Notes under the pieces: model-generated
Seen by the model: only the letters and a program-made list of their open reading frames with translations
What the model was told of the DNA's origin: nothing
Database searches by the model: none
Shown: in pieces, positions 9,381-18,381 of the stretch
Layout of the letters: each line of letters opens with the position of its first letter
How positions within the stretch are numbered: the stretch's first letter is position 1
Position numbers and translations under genes: made by a program
Assembly (NCBI GenBank): GCA_021814355.1
Contig: JAKAIJ010000001.1
Location: 1 to 49,962, forward strand
Length of the DNA: 49,962 nucleotides
Direction: 5' to 3'
From: Acidobacteriota bacterium
GTDB lineage: Bacteria; Acidobacteriota; UBA4820; DSQY01

Positions 9381-9541
9381 CGGCCGTCGTCCTCCAAGAA
9401 TGTTCGCGCATCCTGACCCGGACCGGGGCGTTTTCGAGAAGCGCGGGAGCAGTCCGTCTGCACCGCCGGTCCGCGACCGGGGCCGTTCTTCCGTCCGAAC
9501 TCCGTCGCGGCCGCACCCCGGGCTCGTCCCGGCCGCCTCGA

Positions 9542-10312
9542 TCACCGCGTCGGCCGGAAAAGGGCCGACAAGGCGTCCTGCGTGGGGTAGCTGATCAGGA
9601 CCGCGCGGTGTTTCCCGTGGAACACAAACAGGCTCCCGGCCGCGACGGCCGAGGCGCCGCCCTCCTGGACCGCCGCCCTCAGGTCGTCCAGCCTCCCCGC
9701 GCCTCCACAGGCGATGACCGGAATCCGGACCGCGGAGGCGACGGCGCGGACCAGTTCCAGGTCGTAGCCCGCCATCGTGCCGTCCCGGTCAATGGAGTGC
9801 ACGACGAGCTCTCCCGCACCCTGATCCTCCATTTCCCTGGCGAAGGCCGCCGGCGCGAGCTTCGCGTTCCGGCGGCCGCCGTGGGTGTGGACTTCGTGGC
9901 GCCCGAACAGGCTCTTCTTCGCGTCAATGCACACCACGACGCTCTGGCTGCCGAACTCCCGGGCGGCGGCCCCGACCAGGGCCGGGGTCTCCACCGCGGC
10001 CGCGTTGACGATCACCTTCTCAACCCCCAGCTGCAGCATCGCCCGGGCGTCCTCCACGGACCGAATCCCCCCGCCGTAGGCGACGGGCATAAAGGCCTCG
10101 CTGACGATCTCCCGGATCAGCTCGAACTGGGGTCGTCTCCCTTCGGGGGTCGCCAGGATGTCGAGAATGACGAGCTCGTCCACCTCTTTTTCGTTGAAGA
10201 TCTTGACGGCGTTCCTGGGGTCCCCGACGTACTTCGGGTCCCGGAACCGGACGGTCTTCACCAGGCCCCGCCCGCTGAGAAGGAGGCAGGGAATGACCCG
10301 CGCGGCGATCAC
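9542..10312 (-). CDS. Imidazole glycerol phosphate synthase cyclase-subunit homolog (HisF-like, WbuZ-type), copy 1.
   Basis: Start at GTG 10312, in a GTGA overlap with the hisH-like stop. RVIPCLLLSGRGLVKTVRF, PVAYGGGIRS, CIDAKK, SIDRDGTMAGYDLEL and IPVIACGGAG are HisF TIM-barrel signatures. Confidence 0.85.
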   Translation of the reverse strand: MIAARVIPCLLLSGRGLVKTVRFRDPKYVGDPRNAVKIFNEKEVDELVILDILATPEGRRPQFELIREIVSEAFMPVAYGGGIRSVEDARAMLQLGVEKVIVNAAAVETPALVGAAAREFGSQSVVVCIDAKKSLFGRHEVHTHGGRRNAKLAPAAFAREMEDQGAGELVVHSIDRDGTMAGYDLELVRAVASAVRIPVIACGGAGRLDDLRAAVQEGGASAVAAGSLFVFHGKHRAVLISYPTQDALSALFRPTR

Positions 10313-10929
10313 GCGGACATCTCCGCGAAATTCTGGAGGAGCTTCAAGCCGAACTTGTGGCTCTTCTCGGGGTGGAACTGGGTCCCCATGATATTGCCCT
10401 GGACGACCGCCGCGTGGAACGTAATGCCGTAGCGCGCCGTGGCCAGGACGCAGCCTTCGTCCGCACACCGGACGTGGTAGCTGTGAACGAAGTAGAAGCG
10501 CGGTGTCGGGTACATGTCGTGGAGGAGCGGGCTGGGGGTCCGGACCTCGATCGTGTTCCATCCCATGTGGGGCACCTTAAGGCCGGCGTGCCCGTCGTCC
10601 CACCTGAACCGTACCACCTCCGCGTCAATCCACCCGAGGCCGGGCAGCGTGCCCTCCTCGCTCCGCCTGGAGAGGAGCTGCATGCCGAGGCAGATTCCCA
10701 AAAAGGGCGTCCTCTCGCCGAGGACCTTCTCGCGGAGCACGGGGAGCAGCCCGAGCCCCCGCAGGCTCTCCATCGCCCGGTCGAAGGCGCCGACGCCGGG
10801 AAGGATGATCTTCCCGGCCGAACCGATGACCCCGGGGTCGGAGGTGACGACCGAGTCGGCCCCGATGCGGTTCAGCATGTTGTGGATGGAGCCCAGGTTC
10901 CCCATCCCGTAATCCACGATCGCGATCAC
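10309..10929 (-). CDS. Glutamine amidotransferase subunit homolog (HisH-like, WbuY-type), copy 1.
   Basis: Start at GTG 10929 (GTGA overlap, with GGAGG 6 nt upstream). IAIVDYGMGNLGSI, ILPGVGAF, GICLGMQLL (catalytic Cys) and FHPEKS (His/Glu) give the class I GATase triad. Confidence 0.85.
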   Translation of the reverse strand: MIAIVDYGMGNLGSIHNMLNRIGADSVVTSDPGVIGSAGKIILPGVGAFDRAMESLRGLGLLPVLREKVLGERTPFLGICLGMQLLSRRSEEGTLPGLGWIDAEVVRFRWDDGHAGLKVPHMGWNTIEVRTPSPLLHDMYPTPRFYFVHSYHVRCADEGCVLATARYGITFHAAVVQGNIMGTQFHPEKSHKFGLKLLQNFAEMSA

Positions 10930-12056
10930 CGGCGTGCCTCCCACTCGGCCCGCGCCTCCTCTAGCATCCGGGCGAGCACACGACGGTTCGACTCCGCGTC
11001 GCCCCGCGCCTCCACTTGGGCCCGGTTGGCGGCGGCGTGGCGCCCCCCCTCGCCCGCCGTCCGCACGGCGTGGAGCAGGGCCTGGGAGAGCGCGACGTCG
11101 TCGTCCAGCGGGACCAGCCGGCCGTTGCCCGCCGCCGGGTCCACCCACTCGCGGTTCTGCGGGATGTCCGAAAGGACCGGGTAGAGGCCGCACGCCAGCG
11201 CCTCCAGAAGCGAAGTCGCCGTGCCGTCGGAGCGGGACGTGGAGACGTACACTGCGGAATCGTGAAGGGCCTCGACCAGCCGGGCGTAGGGAACCCCGCC
11301 CCAGAAGGCCACCTTTTCGCGGAGCGCCGGCCGAAGGATCTGCGCCGCCAGGCCTTGCGCCTCCTCCAGGAGCTCGCCTCCGGAAGTGAAGACCAGCCGG
11401 AAGTCGGGCGCATCCTCCGGAAACCGCGCCACCGCCCGCAGGATTGCCGCGTTGTCGTACACCGCCGCGAACCCGCGCGTGCAGACGATCTGGACAGGGC
11501 CCGGCCTGGGCTCCGCTCGATGGAAGAGCCGCGTGTCCACCCCGAGCAGCAGCGGGACGACGGAGGCCCGCGGGGCCTGCTCGCGGGCGCAGGCGGCCAG
11601 GTACCCGCCGTTGGCGAAAACGCGCGAGGCCCCGGCGAGCGTCGCCCGGTTGATCCTCCGCACCCAGCGCCCCGCCAGCAGGACGTCGCTGCCGACGACG
11701 TACGCGCAATAGGGACGCACGCCGCTCCAGTAGGCCATGAGCGTGTACCCACCCCCGTAGAGGGTGAGCACCATGTCGGCCCGGAGATCCCGGGCCAGGC
11801 GGGCGAAGCGCCTCGCGTAGAGGGCGTACCGCATCTTGCCCGGGACCGGCGGCCGGGCGAGGTGGACCGCGGAGACTTGGTCCCGGCGAAAGCGCTCGAA
11901 GTCGGCGACGACGCCCGCAACCTTGCCGCTCACGGACCCGACCTCCGGCACATCCTCAAAGTCGAAGACGTGGACCTCGTGGTCGAGGGACTGGAGCGTG
12001 GCCGCTGTGGACATGGACCAGGGACAGAGGTGCGTCATGCAGATCAGGATCCTCAC
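10926..12056 (-). CDS. Glycosyltransferase, GT4-like.
   Basis: Start at GTG 12056 (GTGA overlap). The C-terminal E-x7-E-like region is SDGTATSLLEALACGLYPVLSD, and the protein has the two-domain GT-B length of 376 aa. Confidence 0.65.
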   Translation of the reverse strand: MRILICMTHLCPWSMSTAATLQSLDHEVHVFDFEDVPEVGSVSGKVAGVVADFERFRRDQVSAVHLARPPVPGKMRYALYARRFARLARDLRADMVLTLYGGGYTLMAYWSGVRPYCAYVVGSDVLLAGRWVRRINRATLAGASRVFANGGYLAACAREQAPRASVVPLLLGVDTRLFHRAEPRPGPVQIVCTRGFAAVYDNAAILRAVARFPEDAPDFRLVFTSGGELLEEAQGLAAQILRPALREKVAFWGGVPYARLVEALHDSAVYVSTSRSDGTATSLLEALACGLYPVLSDIPQNREWVDPAAGNGRLVPLDDDVALSQALLHAVRTAGEGGRHAAANRAQVEARGDAESNRRVLARMLEEARAEWEARR

Positions 12057-13003
12057 GTCCCGGCCCCCGTTTCCGACGCGGCCCAGCATACCCGGAGAGC
12101 GTCCTTCAGGCGCGTGGCGGGCGTGAACCCGAAGGCCGCGCGCGCCTTCTCGTAGCTGCCGTAGCTGGCGCTCACCTCGCCGTCGCGGACGAGGGCGGGA
12201 TTCACCTCGAGCCGGACAGGCCTCGGCGCGAAGGAGAGCAGCGCCTCGGCTACTTCGAGGACGGTGTGCGGCTCGCCCGAGCAGACGTTGAAGACCTCGC
12301 CCCAATGCTCTCCCGCGGCCATTTTCACGTACGCGTCCACGACGTCCTCGACGGCGATGAAGTCCCGGATGCTCTCGAGGTTCCCCACCTGGATGACAGG
12401 GTCGCCCTCCGCCGCCAGCGCCTTGCGCGCCCTCGCCGCCAGGGCGCCGACCACGAGGCTCGGGGGGATGCCGGCGCCCACGACGTTGAAGGGGCGGGCC
12501 ACGACGACCCTCATGCCGAGGCGCCGCGCGTAGTCCAGTCCGATGAGCGTGGACGCGTGCTTGCTCACGCCGTAGGGTCCGCGCGGCGAGCATGGGGTCT
12601 CCTCCTTCACGGGGAGGTCCTTTCGCTCCACGGGTCCGTACTCGGCGGCGGAGCCGACCGCCAGAACGCGCGCCCGGCGGCAGGTGACGCGCGCGGTCTC
12701 GAGGAGGTGCGCCGTGCCGAGGACGTTCGTTCTGTAGATCGCCGGCGGCTCTCCGCTCTGCACCCCGGCGAGGTGGAACACCACATCGGGCCGCAGCCGC
12801 TCCAGCGCATTCGAGACGCCCGGGGCGTCGCAGAGGTCGAGCGGGAGGAAGCCGTCGAGGATACTCCCAGCTTCCGACGGATCTGCGACATCCGCCCCCA
12901 CGAGCCGAAAGCCCCCTTCGGCGGAGAGCCTACGGATCAGGTGACGCGCGCAGAAACCGCTGGAACCGGTGATGAGGGCCGTCTTCAAGGTCGTTCTCCG
13001 CAC
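12053..13003 (-). CDS. NAD-dependent nucleotide-sugar epimerase/dehydratase/reductase (extended SDR).
   Basis: Motifs ALITGSSGFCARHL (Rossmann) and PYGVSKHAS (YxxxK). The start is ambiguous: GTG 13003, or TTG 12988 with GGAGA upstream. An Rmd/Fcl-like role with gmd is possible but not shown. Confidence 0.7.
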   Translation of the reverse strand: MRRTTLKTALITGSSGFCARHLIRRLSAEGGFRLVGADVADPSEAGSILDGFLPLDLCDAPGVSNALERLRPDVVFHLAGVQSGEPPAIYRTNVLGTAHLLETARVTCRRARVLAVGSAAEYGPVERKDLPVKEETPCSPRGPYGVSKHASTLIGLDYARRLGMRVVVARPFNVVGAGIPPSLVVGALAARARKALAAEGDPVIQVGNLESIRDFIAVEDVVDAYVKMAAGEHWGEVFNVCSGEPHTVLEVAEALLSFAPRPVRLEVNPALVRDGEVSASYGSYEKARAAFGFTPATRLKDALRVCWAASETGAGT

Positions 13004-13016
13004 CCGCGTCCGGGGC

Positions 13017-14174
13017 TTAGGCCACCGAAGCGGCCGCCGTCGCGGGGACGTCGGGCACCCAATGGGACACGGTCACGCGGTTCCGCGCGGCGGCGGCCTC
13101 GAGGATGTCCGCGTACCGGTCCACGTACGCATCGGGGGCGAACATCCGCCGGGCCATCCGCCGGCTCTCCTCCCCGAGGGCCTCCCGGCCGGCCGGCCCG
13201 AGGGACTCCAGCGAGGCGACGGCCCGCGCGATCTCCTCCGGCGAACGGGGGTCGAAGAGGAACCCGTTCCGGCCCTCCTGCACGAGGTTGCCTGCGTCGC
13301 AGACCGCGCTCATCAGGACCGGCTTGCCGCAGGCCATGGCCTCACAGATCGCGTTCGGGAGCCCCTCGTAGTGGGAAGGCAGGACGATGGCGTCGGCGTC
13401 CTGATACACCCCGACAATGTCGCGCGTGGCCGGCCTCAGCTCGAACCGCCCCGACAGGCCCAGCTCCTGAATCAGCCGGGATGCGCCTTCGTAGACGCCC
13501 CGGTCTTCGGGGACCGCGCCGTACCAATCCACGCGGCACTCCACCTCCGGCCGCGTCGCGCGCAGGAGCGCCACGGCCCGGACGAGGCCCTCCACGTTCT
13601 TCCGGGGATGGTAGGTGGCGGCAACGACGAGCCTCAGCGGGCCCGCGCCGCTGAGGGCGCTCCGCGGGATGGGGCGAAAGGCGCCCAGGTCTACGGCGTT
13701 GTACACGGTGATCACCTTGCCGACGAGACCGGGGACCGTCTTCTCCAGCTGGAGGCGGTTCGTGTGGGAGTTCGTCGTCACGCAGTCCGCCAGCCGGTGG
13801 AGCTCCCTCCGCCAATCGAACCCGCGTCGCGCGGGTGCGGCGATGCGCTCGGACACCACGAGACCCCACTTCCTCGACGGGAGCGAAGCAAGCTCCGCGA
13901 ACAGGCACGGCCCCTGGAGGAACGCCAGGACGACGTCGGCCCGCCGGCCCCTCAGGAGCCGCCTTACGGCCCGCGCGCGCCCCAGGCGCCCCTCCGCGGA
14001 CAGCGGGACGTGCTCCACGCCGGCTCGGTCGAGCAGCGGCTTGTAGAAGTCCTGCGGGCAGTACGTCGCGACGGAGACTTCATGCCCGCGGCGTCGCAGC
14101 CCGTCGGCGAGGAAGCACATCTGGCGCTCCGCGCCGCCGCTGCCCAAGCCCTCGAGGAGCATCAGGACCTTCAC
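13017..14174 (-). CDS. Glycosyltransferase, GT4.
   Basis: Start at GTG 14174 with GAGGAGGGG upstream. MKVLMLLEGLGSGGAERQ and PSHYEGLPNAICEAMACGKPVL are classic GT4 motifs. Confidence 0.8.
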   Translation of the reverse strand: MKVLMLLEGLGSGGAERQMCFLADGLRRRGHEVSVATYCPQDFYKPLLDRAGVEHVPLSAEGRLGRARAVRRLLRGRRADVVLAFLQGPCLFAELASLPSRKWGLVVSERIAAPARRGFDWRRELHRLADCVTTNSHTNRLQLEKTVPGLVGKVITVYNAVDLGAFRPIPRSALSGAGPLRLVVAATYHPRKNVEGLVRAVALLRATRPEVECRVDWYGAVPEDRGVYEGASRLIQELGLSGRFELRPATRDIVGVYQDADAIVLPSHYEGLPNAICEAMACGKPVLMSAVCDAGNLVQEGRNGFLFDPRSPEEIARAVASLESLGPAGREALGEESRRMARRMFAPDAYVDRYADILEAAAARNRVTVSHWVPDVPATAAASVA

Positions 14175-14187
14175 TGGGAACCCCTCC

Positions 14188-16053
14188 TCAAGCGACCCTC
14201 TCCTGCCAGAGCTTCAGCGCCAGGAGGGCGTACAGGGGGTGCACCAGGTCCTCCCGCCGCTGGGCCTCGCGCCACAGTTCCTCCGCCTTCCCGGGCAGGA
14301 GCGGCCCCGGGAACCTCGCGTCTTCGGCCAGCAGCGCGGCGCGGAAGCGCTCCCGTGCGCGGCCTTCGAAGATCCACCGTTGAAGGGGGATGCCGAACCC
14401 CTGCTTCGGCGCCGCGGCCACCGCCGGCGGGAGGTGCCTGCGCGCCAGGCGCCGCAGAAGGTGCTTGTTGGCCCCCTTGCGGACCCTGAACCGCGGTGGG
14501 ATCCGGAGCGCCAGTTCGATCACGCGGTGGTCCAGGAAGGGCGAGCGGACCTCGAGAGAATGCCGCATGCTCATGCGGTCCACCTTGACGAGGATGTCGT
14601 CGAGCATGTAGAGACGCATGTCGAAGCGCTGCGCGGCGTCGAGGGGATGGGTGCCCCGGGGAGGCAGGTCCTCCAGCGCGGCCAGCGCGCGGCCGAGGGG
14701 TTCCTCTTCCAGGTATTCGGGGCGAAGGTGGGAGCGGCGCCACTCGGCATACGGGTCGAGCGTGCACCCCGCCCCCCACACGGCCACCGGCCGGCCGAAC
14801 CTCCGGGCCATCCTCCGGAAGCGGGACCCCCCGGGCAACAGCGAGGCGGCGCCGAGGGACGCTAGCCGCCGGGCCGGCAGGGGAATGCGGTCGAGCGGGG
14901 CCCAGGTGCGCGCCTTCACGTGATGAGGATACCCTGCGAAGACTTCGTCCCCGCCGTCGCCGGAGAGCACCACGGTCAGCTCTCTCCGCGCCGTCTGGCA
15001 GACCAGGGCGGTAGGGTGGGCCGACATGTCGGAGAAGGGCTCGTCGAAATGTCCGAGCACCGACTCCGCCGGCTCGTCCACGCCGTCGCCAGCGGGCCTG
15101 ACCACCGATTGGACGCCAAGGTGGTCCGCCGTGGACCGGGCGGCGACGCTCTCGTCCGACGGCCAGCCGGGAAACGCGATGGTCAACGCCTGCAGGTCCG
15201 GCCCCCGGTGGCGCGAGGCGGCCGCAGCGATCAGACCCGAGTCAATGCCCCCCGAGAGAAAGACGCCCAGCGGCACGTCGGACCGGAGGCGAATCCGCGT
15301 GGCCTCCCAGAGGGCCTCCTCGACGCGGTCCACCCACTCCTCTTCGCCCGGCCCCTCATCGTATTCCACGGCGGGGAGGGACCAGTAGCGGAAGGGGCCG
15401 CGGAGCACCCCGGAAGGGAGGTCGAATTCGAGCCAGGCCGAAGGGGGCAGCTTCTGGACGCCCTTGAAGATGCAGAACGAGCCCGGAACCCACCCCAAGC
15501 GGAAATAGAGGTTGAGCGCGTCCGCGTCCACCCCGGAGGGGAAGTCGGGCAGGGGCCGGAGCGCCTTGATCTCCGAGGCGAAGGAGAGCCGTCCCCCGGT
15601 GCCGTAATAGAAGAGGGGCTTCTTGCCCATGCGGTCCCGGGCAAGCACCACCTTCCGCCTGGTCGTGTCGTATAGGGCGATCGAAAACATGCCGTTGAGC
15701 TTCGAGAACATTTCGGTGCCGTGTTCGCGGTAGAGCGCGAGGAGGACCTCCGTGTCCGTCCGCGTCCGAAACGCATGTCCCTTCGACTCGAGTTCCGCGC
15801 GGAGCTCCACGTAGTTGTAGATTTCGCCGTTGAACACGATCCACGCCCCGTCCGGCGCGTCGCACATGGGCTGGTCTCCGGAGGGCGAGAGATCGAGGAT
15901 CGCCAAGCGGCGGAACCCCAGGTACAGGGGGCCGTCCGTGAACGCACCGGCCGAGTCGGGCCCGCGGTGGGCGAGCAGGTCCCTCGCCGCGTTCAGCACG
16001 TCCGTCCCGAGGGAGGGGACGTCCGGAGAGACGCGCCCTAGAAAACCGCACAC
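14188..16053 (-). CDS. Asparagine synthase (glutamine-hydrolysing) family amidotransferase, AsnB/WbpS-like.
   Basis: A GTG start is followed by Cys (MCGFLG), the Ntn nucleophile. The PP-loop is LSGGIDSGLIA. Length 621 aa. Confidence 0.85.
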   Translation of the reverse strand: MCGFLGRVSPDVPSLGTDVLNAARDLLAHRGPDSAGAFTDGPLYLGFRRLAILDLSPSGDQPMCDAPDGAWIVFNGEIYNYVELRAELESKGHAFRTRTDTEVLLALYREHGTEMFSKLNGMFSIALYDTTRRKVVLARDRMGKKPLFYYGTGGRLSFASEIKALRPLPDFPSGVDADALNLYFRLGWVPGSFCIFKGVQKLPPSAWLEFDLPSGVLRGPFRYWSLPAVEYDEGPGEEEWVDRVEEALWEATRIRLRSDVPLGVFLSGGIDSGLIAAAASRHRGPDLQALTIAFPGWPSDESVAARSTADHLGVQSVVRPAGDGVDEPAESVLGHFDEPFSDMSAHPTALVCQTARRELTVVLSGDGGDEVFAGYPHHVKARTWAPLDRIPLPARRLASLGAASLLPGGSRFRRMARRFGRPVAVWGAGCTLDPYAEWRRSHLRPEYLEEEPLGRALAALEDLPPRGTHPLDAAQRFDMRLYMLDDILVKVDRMSMRHSLEVRSPFLDHRVIELALRIPPRFRVRKGANKHLLRRLARRHLPPAVAAAPKQGFGIPLQRWIFEGRARERFRAALLAEDARFPGPLLPGKAEELWREAQRREDLVHPLYALLALKLWQERVA

Positions 16054-16111
16054 GCCGAACTCTCCCCTCCCCCGGCAGGCGTAGGGAACTTCCCGCGGGC
16101 CGCCTCGGGAA

Positions 16112-17356
16112 TCATCCGCCCGCCACCCCGCGTCTGGTTCTCAGACCCGTTGCGGCGGGCCGCAGCGGGACAGACCCGGCTCTCCGGACCGGCGGCAGGT
16201 ACGAGGCGGCCTGCGAAAGGGCCAGCCCGAAGATGAACCAGGTCACCTTCCGGTAGTCCCAGCTCGTGGTGACCCCCGTGACCATCCACGCCGTCAGCAC
16301 GGCGAACCACAGGAACCGGTCGCGCGACGGCAGCCGCCAGACGAGCCTCAGAACCCGGAAGAGGATGGCAAGGAAGAAGAGCATCCCGATCATCCCCGTC
16401 CCCACCAGCACGTTCAAATAGGTGCTGTGCGCGTCCTTCATCCAGCCGGATTTTTCGTACAGGGCGAGATAGAAGGCGCCCACTCCCACCCCCGCCACCG
16501 GGTAGTCGAGAAAGGCGTACCAGCCGATCTGGTAAATCGTGCGGCGGTCGGACCAGGTCCCGTATTGAATCTCGTGGCCCGTCGTGCGGACGCGCTGGAG
16601 CGTGGACGACGGGACGAACCGGGGGGCCAGGTACACGGACGGCACCAGCATGGCAAGAAGGGCGAGCGTGGCACCGACCTTGGTCCGAAAATACACGGCC
16701 ATACCCACCGAGAAGACGGCCGCACCCGCGAGCAGGGCGAGGATGCCCGTCCTCGACCCCGTGAGGAGGATGGCCAGGAACGCCGCCGGGCAGAAGAGCC
16801 AGCACAGCCACCGGCCGGACTTCCACCGGAAGGTGGAAACCATGGCCAGATAAGCTGCGAACAAAATGCCGATCGCAAGGATCGCCGCGAGGTCGTTTTC
16901 GTTCATCCCCGCGCCGCGATAGCGGGATTGCGCGCTGGTCGCCAGGGCATTCCTGCCCCCCCAGGCCGCCCAAAAGGTGCTCACGATGGGCACCCAGCAG
17001 CCCGCTACGTAAGCCTTCATCAACTTGAACTGTTCTGCTTGGGTCGGAGCGAACTCCCACGTGAGCCAGCCCAGGCCGGCCACGCGGATGTAGGTGAGGG
17101 TTCGTTCCCAGCTGTAGTCCGCATCCAAGGACCAGGCCACCGTAGCCCCGCACCAGCACACGTAGGCCGCCATCAGGACGTGCGCTCCGTCAATCCTCTT
17201 GAAGTTTCCCTGGGAGAGGACGACCAGAAAGCCGAAGAACAGCAGCGAATAGCCCACGATCCGGGAAATTGTGCCCACGCCGGGAATGGCGAGCGCCTCC
17301 TCCCACGGAATCGTGAACACCAGAAGCCACAGCAGCAGGAAGGTGAGCTTGCGCAT
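16112..17356 (-). CDS. O-antigen polymerase/ligase family membrane protein (Wzy_C-like), copy 1.
   Basis: 414 aa and polytopic. It has LTGSRTG, and a periplasmic loop followed by AHSTYLNVLVGTGMIG, which is typical of Wzy_C/WaaL-type proteins. Confidence 0.7.
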   Translation of the reverse strand: MRKLTFLLLWLLVFTIPWEEALAIPGVGTISRIVGYSLLFFGFLVVLSQGNFKRIDGAHVLMAAYVCWCGATVAWSLDADYSWERTLTYIRVAGLGWLTWEFAPTQAEQFKLMKAYVAGCWVPIVSTFWAAWGGRNALATSAQSRYRGAGMNENDLAAILAIGILFAAYLAMVSTFRWKSGRWLCWLFCPAAFLAILLTGSRTGILALLAGAAVFSVGMAVYFRTKVGATLALLAMLVPSVYLAPRFVPSSTLQRVRTTGHEIQYGTWSDRRTIYQIGWYAFLDYPVAGVGVGAFYLALYEKSGWMKDAHSTYLNVLVGTGMIGMLFFLAILFRVLRLVWRLPSRDRFLWFAVLTAWMVTGVTTSWDYRKVTWFIFGLALSQAASYLPPVRRAGSVPLRPAATGLRTRRGVAGG

Positions 17357-17433
17357 CGTTCGCGTCTACCTTTCACGGACCGCGGAGCGGCGTGCGCCCG
17401 AGGGCCGCAGGCGGTGCCTTCGCATCCTGGAGG

Positions 17434-18381
17434 TCATGGGAACGGGGCCGGGTCCGGAGGCTCCTTCAGGTAGAGAACGGTGTTGCGGAGCCCCTCGTCG
17501 AAGCCGACCTTCGGTGCGAACCCGAGCCGCGCGAGCTTCGCCGTGTCGGCGTACCACGCCTGGACGTCTCCCGGCCAGGACTTCATCGTGGGCTCCACGC
17601 GGACCCCCTCGAGCCCCATGGCTTCGATGACCTTCCGGGCCAGGTCGCGAATGCGCACGGGAACGCCGGTCCCGACGTTGTAGGCCTCTCCTGCCCCCCC
17701 GCGCTCCGCGGCCAGGAGGAAGGCCCGCGCGGCGTCGTCCACGTAGAGGTACTCGCGCACCTGTTCTCCGTTGCCCAGGATCTCCAACCGGGAGGGGTCG
17801 CGCTGGAGCTTGCGCACCCAATCGTGGATGGCGAATCGCCGCATGAGCGGCCCGTAGACGCTGAAAAAGCGCAGGACGGTCACGTCGAGGCCGTAGCTGG
17901 TGGCATAGGCGAAGCAGTAGTTCTCCGCGGCGACCTTCGCCGCTCCGTAGGGAGAGCTGGCGTGGATGGGCGCGTCTTCTCCGACGGGCATGGGGACACC
18001 CGGCTTATACACCGAGGCCGTGGAGGGGAAAACCAGCTTGGGGACGCCGCGCCTCCTGGCGAACTCGAGCACGTGGAGCGTCGAGCGGAGGGTGGCCTCG
18101 AAATCGGCCATGGGTTGCTCGACGGACCGCGCGACGTTCGCGCTCCCCGCCAGGTGGAAGATGACGTCGGGGATGGGCCCGCCCCAGCCGTCGAGGGCGC
18201 GGGGATCCGACAGGTCCGCGGCCCGGACCTCCGGCTTGATGCCCAGATAGCGGAAGTTGCCGAGGGACCCCGCGGAGCAGTCGTCCACCACGATCGTCTC
18301 CCACCCGTCGCGGCACAGAAGGGCCGCCAAGTGGGCGCCCATGAAGCCCGCGCCGCCCGTGACCAAAGCCCGCCGGGTCAT
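17434..18381 (-). CDS. NAD-dependent nucleotide-sugar epimerase (extended SDR, GalE-like).
   Basis: Start at ATG 18381 (ATGA overlap). Motifs: ALVTGGAGFMGAHL and SPYGAAKVAAE (YxxxK). Confidence 0.75.
   Translation of the reverse strand: MTRRALVTGGAGFMGAHLAALLCRDGWETIVVDDCSAGSLGNFRYLGIKPEVRAADLSDPRALDGWGGPIPDVIFHLAGSANVARSVEQPMADFEATLRSTLHVLEFARRRGVPKLVFPSTASVYKPGVPMPVGEDAPIHASSPYGAAKVAAENYCFAYATSYGLDVTVLRFFSVYGPLMRRFAIHDWVRKLQRDPSRLEILGNGEQVREYLYVDDAARAFLLAAERGGAGEAYNVGTGVPVRIRDLARKVIEAMGLEGVRVEPTMKSWPGDVQAWYADTAKLARLGFAPKVGFDEGLRNTVLYLKEPPDPAPFP

Noticed and set aside
7293-9416. Very long plus-strand ORFs, for example 7293..9416 (707 aa), 25392..27851 (819 aa), 28851..30872 (673 aa), 17392..19092 and 30958..32742.
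   Set aside because: They lie antisense to minus-strand genes that have clear family motifs. Their translations are low-complexity and rich in Arg, Pro, Gly and Ala, with no recognisable domains. This is the expected stop-codon-poor antisense frame of a high-GC genome.
10309-11709. N-terminal extensions of minus-strand ORFs, for example 466 aa for the hisH-like gene, 555 aa for the GT at 10926, 598 aa for the PGT, 671 aa for legB, 643 aa for legI and 606 aa for Wzy_C-2.
   Set aside because: The extensions overlap the upstream genes in another frame and are Arg/Pro/Gly-rich junk. In each case an ATG or GTG with a 4-nt overlap or a Shine-Dalgarno-like sequence sits exactly where the homologous family normally begins.
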